Below are positions 61,945 to 64,000 of a stretch of 64,000 nt of DNA, piece after piece. Location: positions 19,842,001-19,906,000 of the forward strand of contig NW_024704742.1 of the NCBI RefSeq assembly GCF_018977255.1. The letters are read 5' to 3'. The notes below the pieces were generated by a model, which ran no database searches, was not told the origin of the DNA, and saw nothing but the letters and a program-made list of their open reading frames with translations. A program made the translations under genes and the position numbers. Numbering within the stretch: the first letter of the stretch is position 1; each line of letters begins with the position of its first letter. The DNA is from Callorhinchus milii. Taxonomy: Eukaryota.

Positions 61945-62648
61945 TCTACCCCACATTGGTGCCATGACCCGCACTGCCTTCCCCCACCTCCTCAGCATTG
62001 CCCGGCTCCGCTACTGTCTCACACCGCAGGCCGCCAAAACCCTCATACATGCTTTCATTACATTGAGGCTTGACTATGCAAACTCATTGCTTGTCGGCCT
62101 CCACAACTCCTTCCTCAATAAGCTGAGATCATCCAGAACTCTGCAGCCGGTGTCCTCTCCCACCCTGAGCTCTGCTACCCTATCACCCCCATCCTCGCCT
62201 GATTCCACTGGCTTCCCATTGCACAGAGGATACAGTTCAAGATCTTGGTGCTCACTTCAAAGCCCTCCATGGTCTTGCCCCCCCCACCTCTGCGAGCTCC
62301 TAATCCTCTACCGTCCTGCTTGCTCCCTCCGCTCAGCAGGCTCCAGCCTGCTTCACGTCCCCTGCCTCACTCGGCACACTATTGGCAGTCGGGCCTTCTG
62401 CCACTCTGCCCCTCCCTTTGGAACTCCATCCCCCAATCCCTCCCCCTCACCCCCTCCCTTGCCTCCTTCAAGACCCATCTCAAGACCTTCCTCTTCGACC
62501 ATGCTTTCGATCTCCCTGCTTCCCCCCCCGTCCGTCCTCCACCCTCCCAGATGCTGACCCCAGCTCGGGTCCGAAACTCTGTCTGTCCAGTGCCTTGGGA
62601 CATCCTCTCGATGTGAAAAGCGCTATACAATTTTAATTTTGTTGTTGA
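61945..62648 (+). mobile_element. L2-clade LINE 3' fragment
   Basis: ORFs 61964..62557 and 62245..62616 (HAFITLRLDYANSLL, LWNSIP, FKTHLKTFLF) and the tail. Confidence 0.9.
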
Positions 62649-62804
62649 AACAATATTTTGAGATTGTGTAGAATTTTCATCAGGAGTTTCTGCTTCTCAA
62701 TTCTGTCAGGCTCAATTGTGATTTTGTTTTGGTCACAATTGACTTATTTAACAAAGTTAGTGTCAGCTTTGAACCAGTATAATGATATTGGCTTCTTATA
62801 ATAA

Positions 62805-63000
62805 ATAATAATCCTTGCATTTGATATAGCGCCTTATCACATCTTTGAGACGTCTTAAAGTGCTTGACAAAACGTATTGTAAAGTGACTTGTCTGTATAT
62901 TTTGTGGGCAAAACCAACAGCCAATTGCACATAGGAGTGTTCTACAAACAGTCGTGGATTGAAGTGACCAATTTATTATTTATATTTTTTTTTGAAGGAA
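62805..63000 (-). mobile_element. tRNA-derived SINE, 3' half
   Basis: AATAATCCTTGCATTTGATATAGCGCC...GTCGTGGATTGAAGTGACCAATTTATT. Confidence 0.85.
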
Positions 63001-63649
63001 TTGTGTTTTTCGGTTGTCCAGAAATAGATTTTTAAAATACTTTCTGCTATATGTTGCCAAATTAAGCTATGCATTTATTTAAGCTTTTTTTTAATTGAGT
63101 GACAAAGCATTTATGCATGATTTCCTACCGTGTGCTTGTGCTTCCTTTTTATCCGTTTGAAGGTCATGCTGCAATGTCAATGTGTATTCTCTCTTTTTTA
63201 AAAAATGGGCAAAATCGAGCTTTGGATTACTGTATTTTGATAATGATACTGACCCACAAATGATACATAACCGCATGATATTATCTGTATGCTTTCAGAG
63301 CAATGATTGGAAAATACTGCTTCTAGACAGGTTAGATTCAAGAAGAAAGTAAGTGGATAGATCTGGTTTGAATTCAGCCATGGATTAGATAGAGAGGAAA
63401 TTCATTGCAAGTCAATTATTTTCTCTAGACTGAATAATCCGATTGCTTAATCATAATGGTCTTATTCTGGTGGTTTCATAATTTTTATTTTTGGTGTTTT
63501 AAATTAAAAATCAGTGTAGCAGTGTTTTTTTTCTGCTGAATTGAAACTGGTTTGCAGTTGAATCCCTACCTTTGGGAACACATACAGTTCTGAGATAAAG
63601 AGCATTATCTAGCCAATTGTTTCCAGTTTTCTCCAGGCAATTCCACATG

Positions 63650-64000
63650 GCTTCCCACGCTAACGAATGGAGTGCCTTTTATCAGGTCCTCCCTTGACAA
63701 CACCAACAGCCCGCTTGCTGGACTTCCTAACTCTTCCCTCCACAAGCTACAGTCCATTCAGAACTCTACAGCTTGTGTCCTCTCCCGCAGTGTGAGCCTA
63801 TCACCCCACATCCTTGCCCGGTTCCACTGGCTCCCTATCGCCTGAAGAAAATAATTGACTTGCAATGAATTCCCACCCTATCCAATCCATAGCTTAATTC
63901 AAACCAGATATATGCACTTACACATTTTTAAATCCCTAACCTACCTTTGACCTTCTAAAACCCTACCAACCCGTCTGCTTCCAATGCTCGCCAGGCACTG
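63650..64000 (+). mobile_element. Decayed L2 fragment
   Basis: LHKLQSIQNST and FHWLPI-like remnants. Confidence 0.65.

Overview
Vertebrate nuclear DNA, most likely from a cartilaginous fish (possibly a chimaera), inferred from the L2/CR1 LINEs, Deu-domain-type SINEs and Penelope remnant. The whole window lies inside the 5' part of one + strand gene, RAPGEF2 (PDZ-GEF1). Four clear internal coding exons (57, 84, 76 and 168 bp) splice in frame and encode part of the N-terminal cyclic-nucleotide-binding-like region. They are followed by a probable 18-nt microexon. The 168-bp exon uses a non-canonical GC donor, and a good candidate alternative first exon sits at 37552-37610. The rest is intron filled with decayed mobile elements: many L2-clade LINE fragments, a 2.1-kb CR1 fragment, young tRNA-Ala-headed SINEs that share the L2 3' tail, pogo/Tigger-like and hAT-like remnants, a Penelope remnant with a degenerate hammerhead core, and an unclassified ~600-bp repeat family. 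Almost every entry in the ORF track is a retroelement fragment or noise. I find no convincing new multi-gene system; the best leads concern splicing, RNA structure and unclassified repeats. Comparisons with human RAPGEF2 are from memory, and repeat boundaries are approximate.
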